Shown here: piece by piece, positions 13,023 through 27,286 of the stretch
Layout: every line of letters begins with the position of its first letter
Numbering within the stretch: position 1 is the stretch's first letter
Assembly (NCBI GenBank): GCA_028023455.1
Contig: JAQFVV010000010.1
Coordinates: 9,982,001 to 10,046,000, forward strand
Direction: 5' to 3'
DNA from: Epiperipatus broadwayi
Lineage: Eukaryota; Animalia; Onychophora
Length of the DNA: 64,000 nucleotides
The notes under the pieces: generated by a model
Told to the model about the DNA's origin: nothing
What the model saw: only the letters and a program-made list of their open reading frames with translations
Databases searched by the model: none
Made by a program: the position numbers and the translations under genes

Positions 13023-14037
13023 CAGGCCATTGCAGTCAAGATTATTAGCCAAATTAGGAATGCTTTTATATACAGTTCTTATTATGTAAGGAAGTGAACT
13101 GGTTATCTTGAGGAAGAATTCCATCAAGACTTTAAGAATTACAAGAAGTATCAGTCTTTTAAAAATGCAACTTTCTAAATTAAGCAATTTATTTTATGAT
13201 GAAGTTTGGTGTAATTAAGTTACATTTATTGCAGATTTATTCAATATTTGAACATTCTTAATAAGGAGTATGCAGGAAACCACCAAAATATTCTCATATC
13301 TACAGACAAAATCAATACTTTCAGAGAAAAATTAATGCTCTGAAAGGAAAGAATTAAAAAAGAAATTGCATGTTTAAACTAATGAAAATGTGTAAATTAT
13401 ATAAAACTGTTACTGAATAAACTTTACAAACTTTAGATTTATTGTATATAAATTTTGAAAAATATTTTCCTACACTACTCTTGACATATCTTTGGATTGG
13501 GTGAAAATTCCCTTTGTTTTAAGTACGTGTACGTTAGCAAATTTAAATATCGCAAGAGTGGAAAAATTTACAGAAATAAGAAAGGATAGAAAATTACAAT
13601 TAAAACATTCGACAACAGATTAAGTGTGAATTTCCAAATATTACAAAAAAAAAAAAATAGAAATGCTTCTTTCTTTCTCAAGGTCATATTTGTCGAAGAG
13701 ATTGTTTTTCTGTAATGAATAACATTAAAAACAAAAATCAATCACGGTTAGAATTCTTGGAAGAAGATTTAAGAGTATACTGTCCAAAATTCGATTTGCA
13801 AAAACGATATTCTAAAAAATTGTCAAGCTAGAATAACATTAAATGTTAAACTGAAAAATAAATGTAATTTTTTTTAAGAATTTTAATTATTTTTTTATCA
13901 TAAATTGTTTTTGCGTGTGTTAATAATTAAATCATTTAAAAATATACATTTTTTTAATCATTAAAATTTAATTGTACCGCGGAAGTTTAACTATAGGTTC
14001 AAGTGTTCCGTGAGATAAAAAAGATTGTAAAACACTG
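13023..14037 (+). mobile_element. hAT (Charlie/ZBED5/FAM200-like) DNA transposon, decayed 3' part
   Basis: Remnants RPLQSRLLAKL, KEVNWLS*GR, LFYDEVWCN, QNILISTDKINTFREKLML; end ttccgtgagataaaaaagattgtaaaacactg resembles a hAT TIR. Confidence 0.85.
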
Positions 14038-14756
14038 ATTTAAATAAGCATCCCATATTCATTACCTTCATTTATTAGAAGTTGAAGGATTATTTGCTAC
14101 CACAATTTAAATGTTTTTTTTTTATATACTGTATATCTTAAATGAATAGGTGACTCTGAAGTTAATATAGCACCCAGGATTCTATTAATAGTAAGACTAC
14201 AGCAAAAATTAAATCACCAATAAAGAAAAAACCCAAGCCCCAAATATCACCGAATTAATTACTGATTTATAATTATTATTTTTAAAAATATTTCTTCTTT
14301 AAAGAAAAAAGCATGCTTTTAAATTATTTCAGTTCAATCGATGAAAAATTCAAATAGTTTTTTTATTAAAATTTATTTTTTGCAACCAATAAATAAAATT
14401 CCAATTCCACAAAGAAGTAAACAAAACATTTTAAAGAAATTATGTAACCTCTTAACATTAGATAAAAATAATATATTTTAAAAAGTTGCTGTTCTTACAA
14501 ATTCATTTGAATTTAAGCAAAGTTTTTATTCTGAATTATATAGAGTTTTTACTGAAGTTGAAAAGCTAACAAAATATTTATTATATTTTTAAAATAAAAT
14601 TGTTTGAATTATCAAAGAACCACTTAACAATGAGATTATATATATAAAAAAATGAAAATGCGTCTAGTTTTACTTTGAATATATCCATAATTAAAAATAT
14701 TATTCTAGAAATAAATATATAATATGCAAATATAAGTATATTTTCTAAACTACAAT

Positions 14757-15075
14757 AATATTGGCATCAACAAGAGCTTTGGGTGCTCCATCATAGGATT
14801 TTCAATGATATGGGTAGCTGAAGAGTTAGAAGGTGGAGAAGATTGAAGCCTGTATATTAAAGTTTGAAGATTTGCTATCTTGATATAAACTAAGCACTGA
14901 TTGTATATAAGTGTGGGAGATGATCTGTACCAACAAATGAGTGCTGGTTCAGCATGAAATATGTATACTGGAGACCATTTATCTTTTTCACACTATGTGG
15001 TCATATGTATCAATATAAGATGGAGTGCATAACTGTAGAAAGCTTGAAAATCTGAATTCAAGTCAAGTCCCTTCT
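14757..15075 (+). mobile_element. Family C hammerhead-bearing repeat, long form, decayed core
   Basis: Colinear with 40321-40650; HHR at 14922-14975 has core CAAATGA. Confidence 0.7.
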
Positions 15076-16024
15076 AATTAGAAATAAATATGTAATCAAT
15101 AAAATTATTTTACAGCTGTCTTAAATTTTCTCAATACTTTGCAAGCTCATACTAATGAAAAATACCGACTCTTCTAATTATATTTATAATATAATAAATA
15201 TATCATGAAAAACCTGTATTCCTCAAGTTTAATACCATATATATATATATTATTTCTAAATAATACATGGGCAATTTAAAAGTATTGCATTAAGTAATGT
15301 TATAGATGACTATTTATTAGTCTGCATTATAGTGACATGTTTATTCATGTTTAAAGAGGTTTATTTAAACTTCATTGTAACAATATTTCATACTCTGTAG
15401 TCAAGTTGCAATCTTTAAGTGTCCATATATATTCAATGGACCATTAGTAGGAATGGATTTCCATTCTTGCTATTAAAAAGGTGAGAAGGTTGCCTTGACA
15501 GCAGTGAGAAATATTAATTACTATAGTTACTGTGAATGTTTAGGTGGTGACTGGTTGGAATCTAATTATATATATATATATTTCATAATGATGGCATTAC
15601 AAAAACATTACGTGAATTTTTTCAATTGTTATAATATCTTGATAAGGTTCATTTTTTGAATGAAAATCGATTAGATATTAATAAATTTATTATTTATATA
15701 TTTTAAGTATTTAGTTGTCTATAAATTGAATATATTTCATTTTAAAGAATAGAATATATATATATTATTGTGAAGATATTCCAACTTTAAAACCAGCTAA
15801 TGGAAAGGAATTTAGTGGTATTCTCATCTGAGGAATGAAAGTTTTTATATATCATTACTTTCAACTATTAATGATCCATTGCAAAATAAAGATCTCTCAA
15901 GTTTAATTCAGATTCTCTGATGTCTAGCCTCTTTTTTTTCAATATATAAGAAAAATTTCTTATTTCATTCATCCATTTTACATGTGGTCTCTTTCTAACT
16001 TTTTTATAATTACTTGGGATTTAG

Positions 16025-16108
16025 TTTAAGATTCCAACTGACATCTGTTATCATCTTATATATATATTTAAGATTCCAACTGACATCTGTTATCATCTTA
16101 TATATATA
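16025..16108 (+). repeat. Perfect 42-bp tandem duplication
   Basis: tttaagattccaactgacatctgttatcatcttatatatata occurs twice. Confidence 0.9.
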
Positions 16109-16383
16109 TATAAAAGTGGTAAATCAGGAAGCATTGATAGTATTAAAGGCAAGTATTATAAATCTAATGTTTTTGCTAAAAGTAAGTAAAGTACAAATTT
16201 TAGATTCTTCATGATCTGAATAGAAAATAGTAAAAGCTAAAGGCTTGTCAATATTTAATGTTAATATTACCATTCTAATAAAACGCATCTTTCATAGGAA
16301 GAAAGGTTTAATAGAGTAGATAGGTGATTACAAAATTTTTGTAGAAGGGCAGATCAACTAGTGAATAAATGCTGCATAGTTTT

Positions 16384-18050
16384 GGGTTTGCTATGAAGTC
16401 TAACTTAGTATCTTCTATTCTTGTAATTCTTCATGTATCAATGGAGATTAATGATATTAAAATGTGGCTAAAAAAATGGTATCACTGGTAATTTTTTTAA
16501 TGCATATGCTTCAAGATTAGATTCCTGGGAATTTAAAGAAAGAAAAATTGTATTCCTTGCTGGATAGTATTACTATTGCACTATCTATAATTTTTTTTCC
16601 TTGAAAACTTGAAAATGTGGTTGGGATAAATAATAGACTTTGAACAAAAGTTGTTGGAAGTAATGGTATTGTAAACTCAAATGGTTTGCTATTATTGAAT
16701 TCTTCACAACCCATAAATTGATTATCATAAACACTTATAAAGAAATAGAGATGAACCCACATTTAAAATAATAACATTTAATAGATTACATTACGTTTAG
16801 GAATTAGAATACAAAAAAAAAGTTTATATTACACAAGCTTTTACAATTATAGATTGTTGAATGTATCATAGATTAATATGCTTCTAGATCATAATGATAA
16901 AATTGCATTAAAAATAGGTCTTTTAATCATGTATATGCAAGAAAATTGATATTAAAACAGACAAAACTCTCTGTACAGTAGTGCCACTCAGTACAAGCCA
17001 AAATAATCAATGGATACCAGAAGGCTTGTGCATAAAATCACTATCTAGCACCTATTCATCCAATATTCCCAGACTAGTTTCTAGTGTGTGGCTTTAATCA
17101 GTGAAAAGCCATGAATCTGAGAGTACTGCAATTAGATCCCAGGATCTAAAATGGTGATCATGTGATGTTTAGTGGTCCAAGAAAATTGATGTTTGTTCTT
17201 TAGAACTATTATAAGGGTTATCTTTAAACAGCTATTAAGCATTGAAATTAGTAATTTGGACTTTCAGGATTGTCATTTTATAGAAATATGGAATTTTTTT
17301 AAGGAGTTTTTGATATAAATTTAAGTAAATCTATTCATGGGTTCATTAATAAGAAAAATGGTGATTGGTTTTCTGACAATAATCCTATTAATAATGATTT
17401 GATTAAAAGGAAATACATTATCAAATTAAATGTGGAGCTTCATAATAAGTATAGAAAGTTAAATTCAGAAGTTCAATTACTGACAAGAAGATTTACACAT
17501 TATTTGTAGATAAAAACTGTAAAGAACATACAGACATTTGGTAATTACGATTACTTTAAATCTTTCTTTGATTCATTGAGAGCAACACGACTTAAGAAAT
17601 GATAATACAATTATAGTAAATTTGTCATTGATATTATTTTACATAATGATAATAGTATTTTGAACAGATGGAATATTTTGATCCATCTTTTGAATAATGT
17701 TATGAGTATTGAAATGCTTGATGATATATTCATTTTAGCTATTCATTTAGATAAGGACAAAAATATCCAGTTTAGTAAAGTCAAAAACATTTTGAAATGT
17801 TAAAAATAGAAAGGTTGTAGAACTTGATGAGATATATAGAAAAGTTTTAAAATATATTGATGAAAAGTTAACTTTAAAAATATTGGGGTTTTTTTTTTAA
17901 TGTCTGAACTCATGATGTTGTGTTGTCTGACCATAAAAATCATCCTATTGTTCTAATTTTTAAAAAGAAAGGAAATAGATAAGATTGCAGTAATTACCAT
18001 AAAATATCATCATTAATCATTATAAATAAGATATTCATTTTATATAGCGC
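16384..18050 (+). mobile_element. RTE-clade LINE remnant (AP endonuclease and start of RT), interrupted by a family A element
   Basis: GFAMKSNLV, KVVGSNGIVNSNGLLLLN (APE G..N.NG..LL motif), LKNRKVVELDEI, IVLIFKKKGNR*DCSNYHKISSL (RT KKG...C.NY..ISL). Confidence 0.8.
16962..17176 (-). mobile_element. Family A element with decayed hammerhead (G8>U)
   Basis: Reverse complement at 17067-17107: ttttca CTGATTA A AGC CACAC ACT A GAAA CTAG TC TGGG. Confidence 0.75.
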
Positions 18051-18069
18051 TATGTTTTATAAACTATAA

Positions 18070-18444
18070 TATTAATAAAGCCATTAAACTAATGCACATG
18101 TGCTTTGTGGATTTTTAACTATAAATGAATACTCTCACTTTCCAAATACAAGATAAAGTCTTTGTGAAAAGATAGAATGAATCCATCTATCTTTTCGACC
18201 CAAATGTTTATGTATGGGCAAGATTTGGGAATGAGAGTGTGAAGATGTTAAGCGATCACTTTAAATTACTTTTACTATGCCTGAATGAATTATGCTTGCA
18301 AAATTTTCTAGAATTTATGATACCTCATTCACGATAAAGTCATTCACAAAGACTTTATCTTGGGTTTGGAAAGTGAGTGTATTCATTTATAGTTAAAAAT
18401 CTACAATGCACATGTGCATTAGCTTCATGGCTGATTATTAATAT
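18070..18444. mobile_element. Family B foldback (MITE-like) element
   Basis: Arms about 18070-18170 and 18342-18444; homologous to 22.0-22.6 kb and 51.5 kb. Confidence 0.75.
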
Positions 18445-21400
18445 TAACCATTATAATATTTTAATTTGCGAAGTGCAGATAGTTTCAAACATAAATACTT
18501 TCGACTGGCTTAGATATATAGAAAGAAAAGTAGAGAAAAGAGTGACTTCCCATTTCTCATAAATTCTTTGTTGTATGTTTACAGTTTGATCATCATTCGG
18601 ACAGCCATCACAACATCTGATTGGTTGTCAGATACGCATTGTAATAAGTGCAAAGAGATTTCCAGTATCTGAATTTATTTCAGATTAACCATTATAGTAA
18701 AAGTACTTTTAAGGAATTTGTTAATTAGATTTCCTTCAGTAATAGATAAATGTTTACTTAGAGACTCAATACAGAGCAAAAAGTTGGGAGGTGATCAATC
18801 TATATTTAGAAAAGATGACTCTGCTTCAGATAATCTTTGACCTAACTGTCCAAACAGTAATGTAGATATCATTATTTTAAATACATAATAAAATATTTAA
18901 TATTGTAAAAAATACTATAATAATTCAAAAGCACTTGTGAAAACATTTAAAGAAATTATCTACTAGCTTAAGATCAGTAAGGCACAAGATAAAGGAATCC
19001 AATACTTGTGAAAGGCACAAAACAAAGAAATCCAATCTTATCAAATTCTTTACATGTTTAGAAAAAAATTAAGAAAATATCAAAGGAAAATGGAATGAGA
19101 ATAAATAAGCAAAAACTGTGGGTTATATATAAACCCTGTCCAAAAACCAGCAATGACACTATTGCCATCTGATGAATGCCATCATGCTATGTTCCAGGGA
19201 TATATCCTCTTTCTGTACTAATATGATTCATCCCAATTTTCTTCATAATATTTTTAGTTTTATGTTAAACTTCCTTTATATTTCACTGATTAATCTGATC
19301 AATATATTGTCATCCTCTATTTATAATAACTAACCATATCAAGGATCATATGAATTATTTCTTGATGAAACAGATCATGAATTCAACTCTGAAGAATATT
19401 GTTATTATTTCACATTATCAACATTGATGTATATTCATATCCTCATTCACATATTGTACATCATCAATGCATTACCAACCAATATATTGTAACCGTCAAA
19501 AATAGCCTGATATGTTTGGGAATGCCAAATTTGTAACAATATAAAGGTAAGTCAGGCTCACCATCAATACTAATAATAATAAAAATAAATATATTGATGA
19601 CAAAATAGTACCCAATTGTATAAATGGAAAATGGACTATCAGGATTAAATATTATGAATAAGCAAATAAAAAAATTCATAGATTAGTCAAGTTAAATTGT
19701 GGCTAATACATAAAAAGTTTCTCAGAGTTTTAATTACTATTATTAGAGCTATGCATATAAATAAACCCACCCATCAACATGTAGCTGGATATCAAAGGGC
19801 ATTTTATTATACCCAATTATATTTGATAACCAAAATATTTATATATCTGTAAAGTACGGATTTAAATGATTAACATATGAAATAAATAACTAGAATGATT
19901 CTCAGAAATTTTAATAAATATAACATTTGCTAAATATTATATTATTATGGGACCATAAAATTTATCTAATAGTGTGATATAAACGAACAAATATGAAAAT
20001 CAAGTTAATTTAAATAAATATAAAATATGCTTTATTTACATTAAAATAATATTATAAATAAAGAGTAAATCCACAGAGCATACATTTTAAAATCTCTTTG
20101 CACTCTACTGGAAGCATTAATTTTAAAAGCACACATGTATGCTTATGCTTAGAGTTTATATCTAGATATACCAGTCTTTGTTGACTATGCAAAGAGATTT
20201 TAAAGTGCATGATGTAAGAAGTTTCTTTTTATTTATAATATTATGTAGGTATGTGTACTACATAAATAACAGATTATATTAAAATAATAATAAAATAAAT
20301 AAATAGTAACAATAAATAATTTAATAAATATTAAGATGCTTTCTTGGATAATCTTCTTTAAATAGGAAACTGATATTTAAAAGTGAGATATATATTTATA
20401 TATTAGATGTGTATAAATGGTTTAATATGAGTTGTTGAACAATCTCAATGTTTTTAAGAAAGGCTGTTTAAAATAAGAATAAAATTTGCTTTAATAAGTA
20501 TAACAATGACAATTTAACATGTTTTACTTAATCTTTATTATATAAAGCTAAAGAAAGTGATCTAAGAACATGCCTGCCTAGCCTTGCTGAGCAAACATGG
20601 AGTCAATTACATATTTAGCAATAGCCATGTATATTATTTATTCATGACACTCAAACTTTACACGCCATGGGATTTATATGCCAAATTAGATAACCCCTGA
20701 TAAGTAACGTAACTTAAAATTTTACTTTTAATCTTGTAATCTTCATCTAATTTAATAACTAGTTAGTCTTTAATGTGTCAGTCATGATCGTAAACATGAA
20801 CTCTATATTACAATATATATTTTACTTTTTGTGCAAATAAAGAATATTTGAAAAAAAAAAAAACTACATTGGTAAATTATTCATATTCTTTAACATGGAC
20901 ATCATATCATCTTAGTAACTACTTTTATCTGCTATATTAACTTCGTCATGTAGTATTTAACAAAAGTATTTTTATACATTAAGTTTCACCAATATATTAT
21001 TCTACAAATAAATGGCTTCAAACAACAATGCATTTACATGGAAATATATGTCATAGGAGTTTTGCTCTACTATATGACAATAATACATTAAATACCTAAA
21101 AAAATTTATTGCCACAAAGACTGGAAAATAGTTTAAGATAAATAAAACATACTACTATATAGGCAAATAATCCTATATATTAATTTACAATGAAAAATTT
21201 TAAAACGTCCTTACTTTAAAACAAATATTCACACTAATAATATATGTCTATAGTAAATATAAAGATAAGTTCTAACTCATATCAGTTTTCCAATATCATT
21301 TCCCTGTAAATATGTCTATATAATAATAATAATCTCTGGAGATCATATATTTTATTTTTAATAAAACAATTATAATAATAATATATATATATTAAGAAGA

Positions 21401-22035
21401 AAATTAAAAATTTTTTAACAATCAATACTTTTTTATTTAAGTAACTCCCCAATGCTTTTTTAAATAATTTTAGGATGACATAAATTTTTTTGGAAAATGT
21501 CATTAACACAGGTGTTGAAACAATAGATTATCAGTTATGGATTTGTCTTTCTCCTTCGAGTATGGTACTTATATTTTAACTAATAAAGTTTAGCAGCATT
21601 TCCTTTTTCATTTCATAAACTTATTTTTCTTTTTCAAATGCTATTCCAAGATGTTAATAACTTAAGGCAATTTGAAGGCCATTGTCTTTGAGAGGCAATT
21701 ATTTTTTTAGCTTTCCATTTTTTAAATAGCTGCTTTCATATAATTATTAAAATAAAAGCATAGTAATTTATGACAAAATTCCTATATAAATATAAAGATA
21801 AGTAAGTTATCTATAAAGTTCAGCTATATGTATAAACTCTTATTTCTCAAATCATTATTGACATAATGATGTACTAAAGTTCCTTTTTCCATCAAGTTCC
21901 ATTCTATTTGTTCTTGAAGCAAATTTATATTGTTTAAAGATTTATATAACCATATTTGTGTGTTGGAATATCCTTTTTTTAGATAGTACAGTATTTTTTA
22001 CAAGTAAAGTATTTTAAATTATATAATAATATTAA

Positions 22036-22640
22036 ATGAGATATTTATTTATATAGCACAATGTATATAAATTGTAATAAACTAAAGATCAGCATTTCAA
22101 GCTAATGTACATGCGCTTTTTTATGAATGTTAATAATAAATGAATACTTTCATTTCCAACACAAGATAAAGACTTTGTGAAAGAATAGAATGAATCCACC
22201 TATTCTTTCAACCCAAATGTTTAAGTATGGGCAAATCTTAAGCACTGGAAATGAAAGCGTGAAGATAAACCAATCACTTTAAATTACTCTTTACCATGTC
22301 TGAATGAATGACGCCTATGAAATTTTCTAGAATTTACTACACATCATTCTTAAATGAAACTAAACATATGTAAATGAGATATTTATTTATATAGTGCAAT
22401 GTATATAAATTGTAATAAACTAAAGATCAGCATTTCAAGCTAATGTACATGCACTTTTTTATGAATATTAATAATAAATGAATACTTAAGCATTTGGGTT
22501 GAAAGAATAGGTGGATTCATTCTATTCTTTCACAAAGACTTTATCTTGTGTTGGAAATGAAAGTATTCATTTATTATTAACATTCATAAAAAGCGCATGT
22601 ACATTAGCTTAAAATTCTGATCTTTAGTTTATTATAATAA
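22036..22640. mobile_element. Family B foldback element with an internal direct duplication of about 113 bp
   Basis: About 22036-22150 is repeated at 22375-22488; about 22070-22225 is inverted at 22487-22640. Confidence 0.85.
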
Positions 22641-22839
22641 TATTAAGTAAATATTTTACATTTTAAAGAATTATATGAATCATGTTAAAATAAAATTATA
22701 AAGTTAAATAAAACTAAAGTATAAAATTATACACATCAAAATAACTCATTTTTTTATTTATTTAGCTTTATAATAAATGATCACTTTCAAAGAAGCATAT
22801 AGTGTTATTACTCAGGAGTTCATAAGAAATTCAAGCACT

Positions 22840-22936
22840 AGATCTTCAAGTGACAGAATCAATCCTGGATCTGCCAATCTCAAGTCAATCCTGGTATCTG
22901 CCAATCTCAAGTCAATCACTCTACCAACTATACCAA
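22840..22936 (-). mobile_element. tRNA-derived SINE-like fragment with a 26/27-bp tandem duplication
   Basis: Reverse complement begins tggtatagttggtagagtg (A-box-like) and has a decayed B-box; caatcctgg(t)atctgccaatctcaagt occurs twice at 22860-22912. Confidence 0.5.
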
Positions 22937-23160
22937 ATATTAAATGAAATTTTATACTAAAATTGTAAGATATTTTTAACTTTTAAAAATAGACAAGAAT
23001 AATCACACATGCACACACATATACATTCTAAATAATAGACTAAAGTTATATTACTCGAAATATTTTGGAATATATATGATTTAAATATGAATAGTATGTT
23101 ATTATTTCTATTACAAAATTATTTATGCATATATAAAATATTATATTATTATATTTAATG

Positions 23161-23410
23161 TTTTCACGGTTGTATGATGTAAATAAATTATTTTTTGAGT
23201 TAAACCATGTATTATTTTTCATTGCATACCGATATTTTCATGAACTAGCATTCATCATTGTCAAGGTTAACGTTGACAATGGCGGATGCTAGTTCATTAG
23301 AATATCAGTATGTAATGAAAAATAACAATGGTGGATGCTTTCATTGAAATATTGGTATGTAATGGAAAATAATACACAGTTTAACCCAAAAAATAATAAT
23401 TTATAAAATA
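23161..23410. mobile_element. PLE terminal-repeat palindrome with two U3-A8 hammerhead motifs around a GTTAAC centre
   Basis: Minus TTGACAA at 23258-23264 and plus TTGACAA at 23273-23279; a partial third copy follows at about 23325-23360. Flank is homologous to 53660-53770. Confidence 0.75.
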
Positions 23411-26312
23411 TATGTTTATAGTGTATTAAGTTTTGATTTTTAACATAGGGTGCATGTTGCTATCAAAAATATTAACTTTCAATATCATTTTACCCTAAAA
23501 TCAAAATATTGTTATTATATATGAAAGATTATTATGAACAGCATGTTATAAACTTTAATGATCATTTCTTATGATACTCAATTTTAATAATAACATATTT
23601 GAAATAAACTAATTAAAATTTTAAAGTATTATTAAACTTAGATTATTTTTATATATCATTATATATATAGGTGTATGCCAGATATTTTGTATATATACAT
23701 ACAGTATACTAATATTTTTAACAAGTTCATAAATAACTTATAGTTTATCAAATAAACCCTATTCATTAAACAATAAATCCAAAAATATTGCTATAATAAT
23801 TCACAAACCAGATCCCCCCAAAAATCATTTTAATAAATATGCAAATAGCTCACCTTTTCTGACAAATGGATTGTCATTAATATAAGAAAAGACGGACATT
23901 ATTTGCAAGTTTATTTAAATGATTAATTGGGGATCTGGCTTGCGAATTATCATGGTATGGTTTGGGGATCTAGTTGTTATGTGAATATATATATATATAT
24001 ATAATATTTGTCCTAATAAAAATGTAGTATCAGATAAAATACTGACTACAATACATTTATAAATATGGACAGCGAATAAATATAAAACAAAGAACAATTA
24101 AACATGATAATACATGCTGTTTATAATAAGTACAAATATAAAAAGCTACATGGATTTAATATGAGCTCATACCTGCATTTTGAAAATAACATATTACTAA
24201 TATAAGTTTTTATATGCCAATTATTACTTCTCATATTTGTTTGATTTTAATTAGTAATTTAATTTGTTCACTTTCAATTTTACATTAGGCTTGTAACCTA
24301 TGAATTTTATATTAATCAGTTTTGACTCTATTAAATATGGTGTCTGCAAATGTATATGAATAAGTTATTCTGGCATCTTTCTTATTTCAATGTGTTTTCA
24401 CGTTAATTCATATTCTTTGTTAAAAGAAAGAATCCATTGTATTAATTTTCTCCAGTGTCATCTTGTAAACTTGAGAAAATCAATAGAATTAGATGGTGCA
24501 GAGAAATTGAGTGGTGTTGCTCTTAATGCAGATATGGAAAGTAATTAGAGAAAGTCAGGCTATGTTTTGTTTATATAAGTACTCATTTATTATTTAACAC
24601 TCGTAAAAAAGCGTAAAAAAGCACACAATAGTTTGAATGGTTGATTAAATTTATTATTTATATATTGTATTGTAGTCAAATTTCGTAATTAGTTTTGATT
24701 TATATTGTTATTTCTTACAGTAAGAATTATACAAATAATTTGCCACCACATTTCCATTTAATAATAAAAATACATTGTTTTAACAAAAAATAAAATTATT
24801 TAAGTCATCCATTTCTTGGGTGTAATATTTAATCCAGTCATCATGCAATATTGTGTACCTTTATTGCACTGAGTTTAAAATGAAGATTAATTAGGATCAA
24901 TTCTCATCAAATTTAGGGATGTAATGAGGTCAAACTGTAAAACAATTTCTTTTTAAATATTTTCATACCTCAATTTTAAATTAACTATTACAATAACCTA
25001 TATAATTTGCATGCAAATTATAGTAATAAGTTTTGTATGCTCTCAGTTTCTGAATAAATCAATTTAAATTAAATATTTGTAATTTTAAAATTAACAAATC
25101 AAATCATATATCTAAAAATAATCTAATTATATAAATGTACACTACTAAAAGATAATGATACCAATAGGACTAATGCCTATAAGAACAGGATGTTCCTCCC
25201 TCACCAATAGTAGAGGTCACTTCATATTAAAGTTATATTTTTTATGATTACAATTAGTGAAGCAACAGTCATTTAAGTATGTTAAGTTTTCTTCTAAAAG
25301 ACAAATTGAGATAACTTAAAAACAGGATAATGAAACCAAGAAATACTAATTGATTGTCACACTTTAAATAGCTATGATTTGTTTACATAGAGTCAATAGT
25401 TTGTTTCTATCAGAAAACTACATATCATGCTGTAGCTGTTACACATCTTCACACCATGTCAATAAACCTGTGTGGGATTCAGAATTTTTTGCTCAAATAT
25501 TTAAGATTACCATGTACATTAGATTGTTTCATGTAACCATGCCTTTTATCAAATTTTCTATGTATTTTGTTAATCAGTAAATGAATATATAATTATTCTT
25601 GGAAGAAAAATCAAGAAATAAAACCACATGAGTCATCACCAAATGGCAATTGGCAAGCGAGTAATATTTTCTCAACTATTCCCCTATGGAGATATTATGG
25701 ATAAACCTGTATTAATCACTAAACTATTTACCTAGGAAAATCTCAGCAGTATTTTAAACATGAAAACTGTAAACAAAATGAATAATTATCAAATTTTATA
25801 ATTTTTTTCTAAAGCAACTCCCTTATACACCCAGAGTACATTTATGCAATAATCTAGTTCCTACTATATGCTTTTGAGAATATGTATGACATCATTAATT
25901 ACAGTGATGTTGATCTGCAGTCTCATATAATTCAAATCAATTTGTTAGGCAGAATCAAATATGCTGAGCATCAAATCAGGAGAATTCTTTTTTATATGTA
26001 TACAGTAAACTCAAGAGACCAAAAATATTAATATAATTATTTTAGTATATACAACAAGCTTAAATTATTTAGTGTATTAACTATTAGTTTGTGCAAATGA
26101 AAATCATCTAAATACTTTATAGTAAAGATAAAACAGTTATAAGAGATCACTACAGAACAGGTGTTTTTTTTAATTTTTATTTTATTTTAGAGAAATAGAT
26201 GTGCATATATATATATATATATAACAACAATCAACCCTTAAGCTATCAACAATTTCATCTATGTTTATAAACTCATTAAAACCTTGGGTAATGGCTTTAC
26301 TGTTTTAGTGTA

Positions 26313-27286
26313 ATTGAGGGTATTGGATAGGGGGGAGTGGGGTAGGGTGGTATCGGTGGTGGAAAATCTAAGAGTTGAGGTGGGGGAGTGGAGATGGTTT
26401 TTAATGTAGAGATGGGGGGGTTAAGGAATGATGGTTAATGGGGAATATATGAATGGTGGTTTCAGTACAGTATCAATTGGGGAGGAATAGGGGGTGAAAG
26501 AGCAGTGAAGTGAGTAAGAGATTGGGAAGAAAATTTTAATGGTGAATGGGTAGGAAGGGAAGGTGAAGGTGAGGGAATTTGATTAAAGTATTAATTCTAT
26601 TAGTCTGTTTAGTGGTTCAATAATGAAAGGGTGAAAATAATTAGTAAATTTTTGAAATCTTCCGGTAAAGGGATGATAATTCAGTGATATTTATTTATAA
26701 TTAATGAAATGAAATATTTTATATATATTGAAAGTGTTTACAAAATAGTAAAAGTGTAATTTATCAAGAATGGAAAGAATATTAGAAAGTGGGTTTATGA
26801 TATATTATTATGGATTTGTTATGGAATAAGAATAAAAAAATATAATATTGATATTGAAATAAATTTAAATTAATAGAGAGAGGGAAAGAAAATTTGATAA
26901 ATAATAGATATAAATAATATAAAGTTATATATGTAATAATATTAACGGAAGAAAATAAAGTATTAAATTTTTTTCATAGTGTTAGGGTTTGAAAGTATTT
27001 GTGGATAAATTGAGATTGGAGTTGGAAATTGAAGTATGAAAATGATAAAAGGGAGATCTGGGAGTTATAATAAATGTTGATAATAAGATTGTTTTGTGTG
27101 TTTTCAAAATAGAATGATAAATTTGTTGTGTTGGGATTTCTGTCATATGTAATATATATAAATTTATGATACGATTGGAATAGAATAAAATGTAAAGGAA
27201 TGTGTTTTGTAGTAATTACTAAAAAATAAATAAATGATTAAAAAGATATTGGGGTTTGTATGTGTAAAGAATATAATAAAAAAAAA
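26313..27286 (-). mobile_element. I/Jockey-group-like LINE, 5'-truncated 3' fragment, between 29-bp direct repeats
   Basis: RNPNTTNLSF and IIIYHKPTF*YSFHS* (RP.LEY...W motif), strong C-rich sense strand; repeats at 26284-26312 and 27287-27315. Confidence 0.65.

Noticed and set aside
18170-18340. Possible hammerhead in the family B interior (GAAA plus hairpin, CTGAATGA)
   Set aside because: The core and helices do not assemble in any permutation on either strand.
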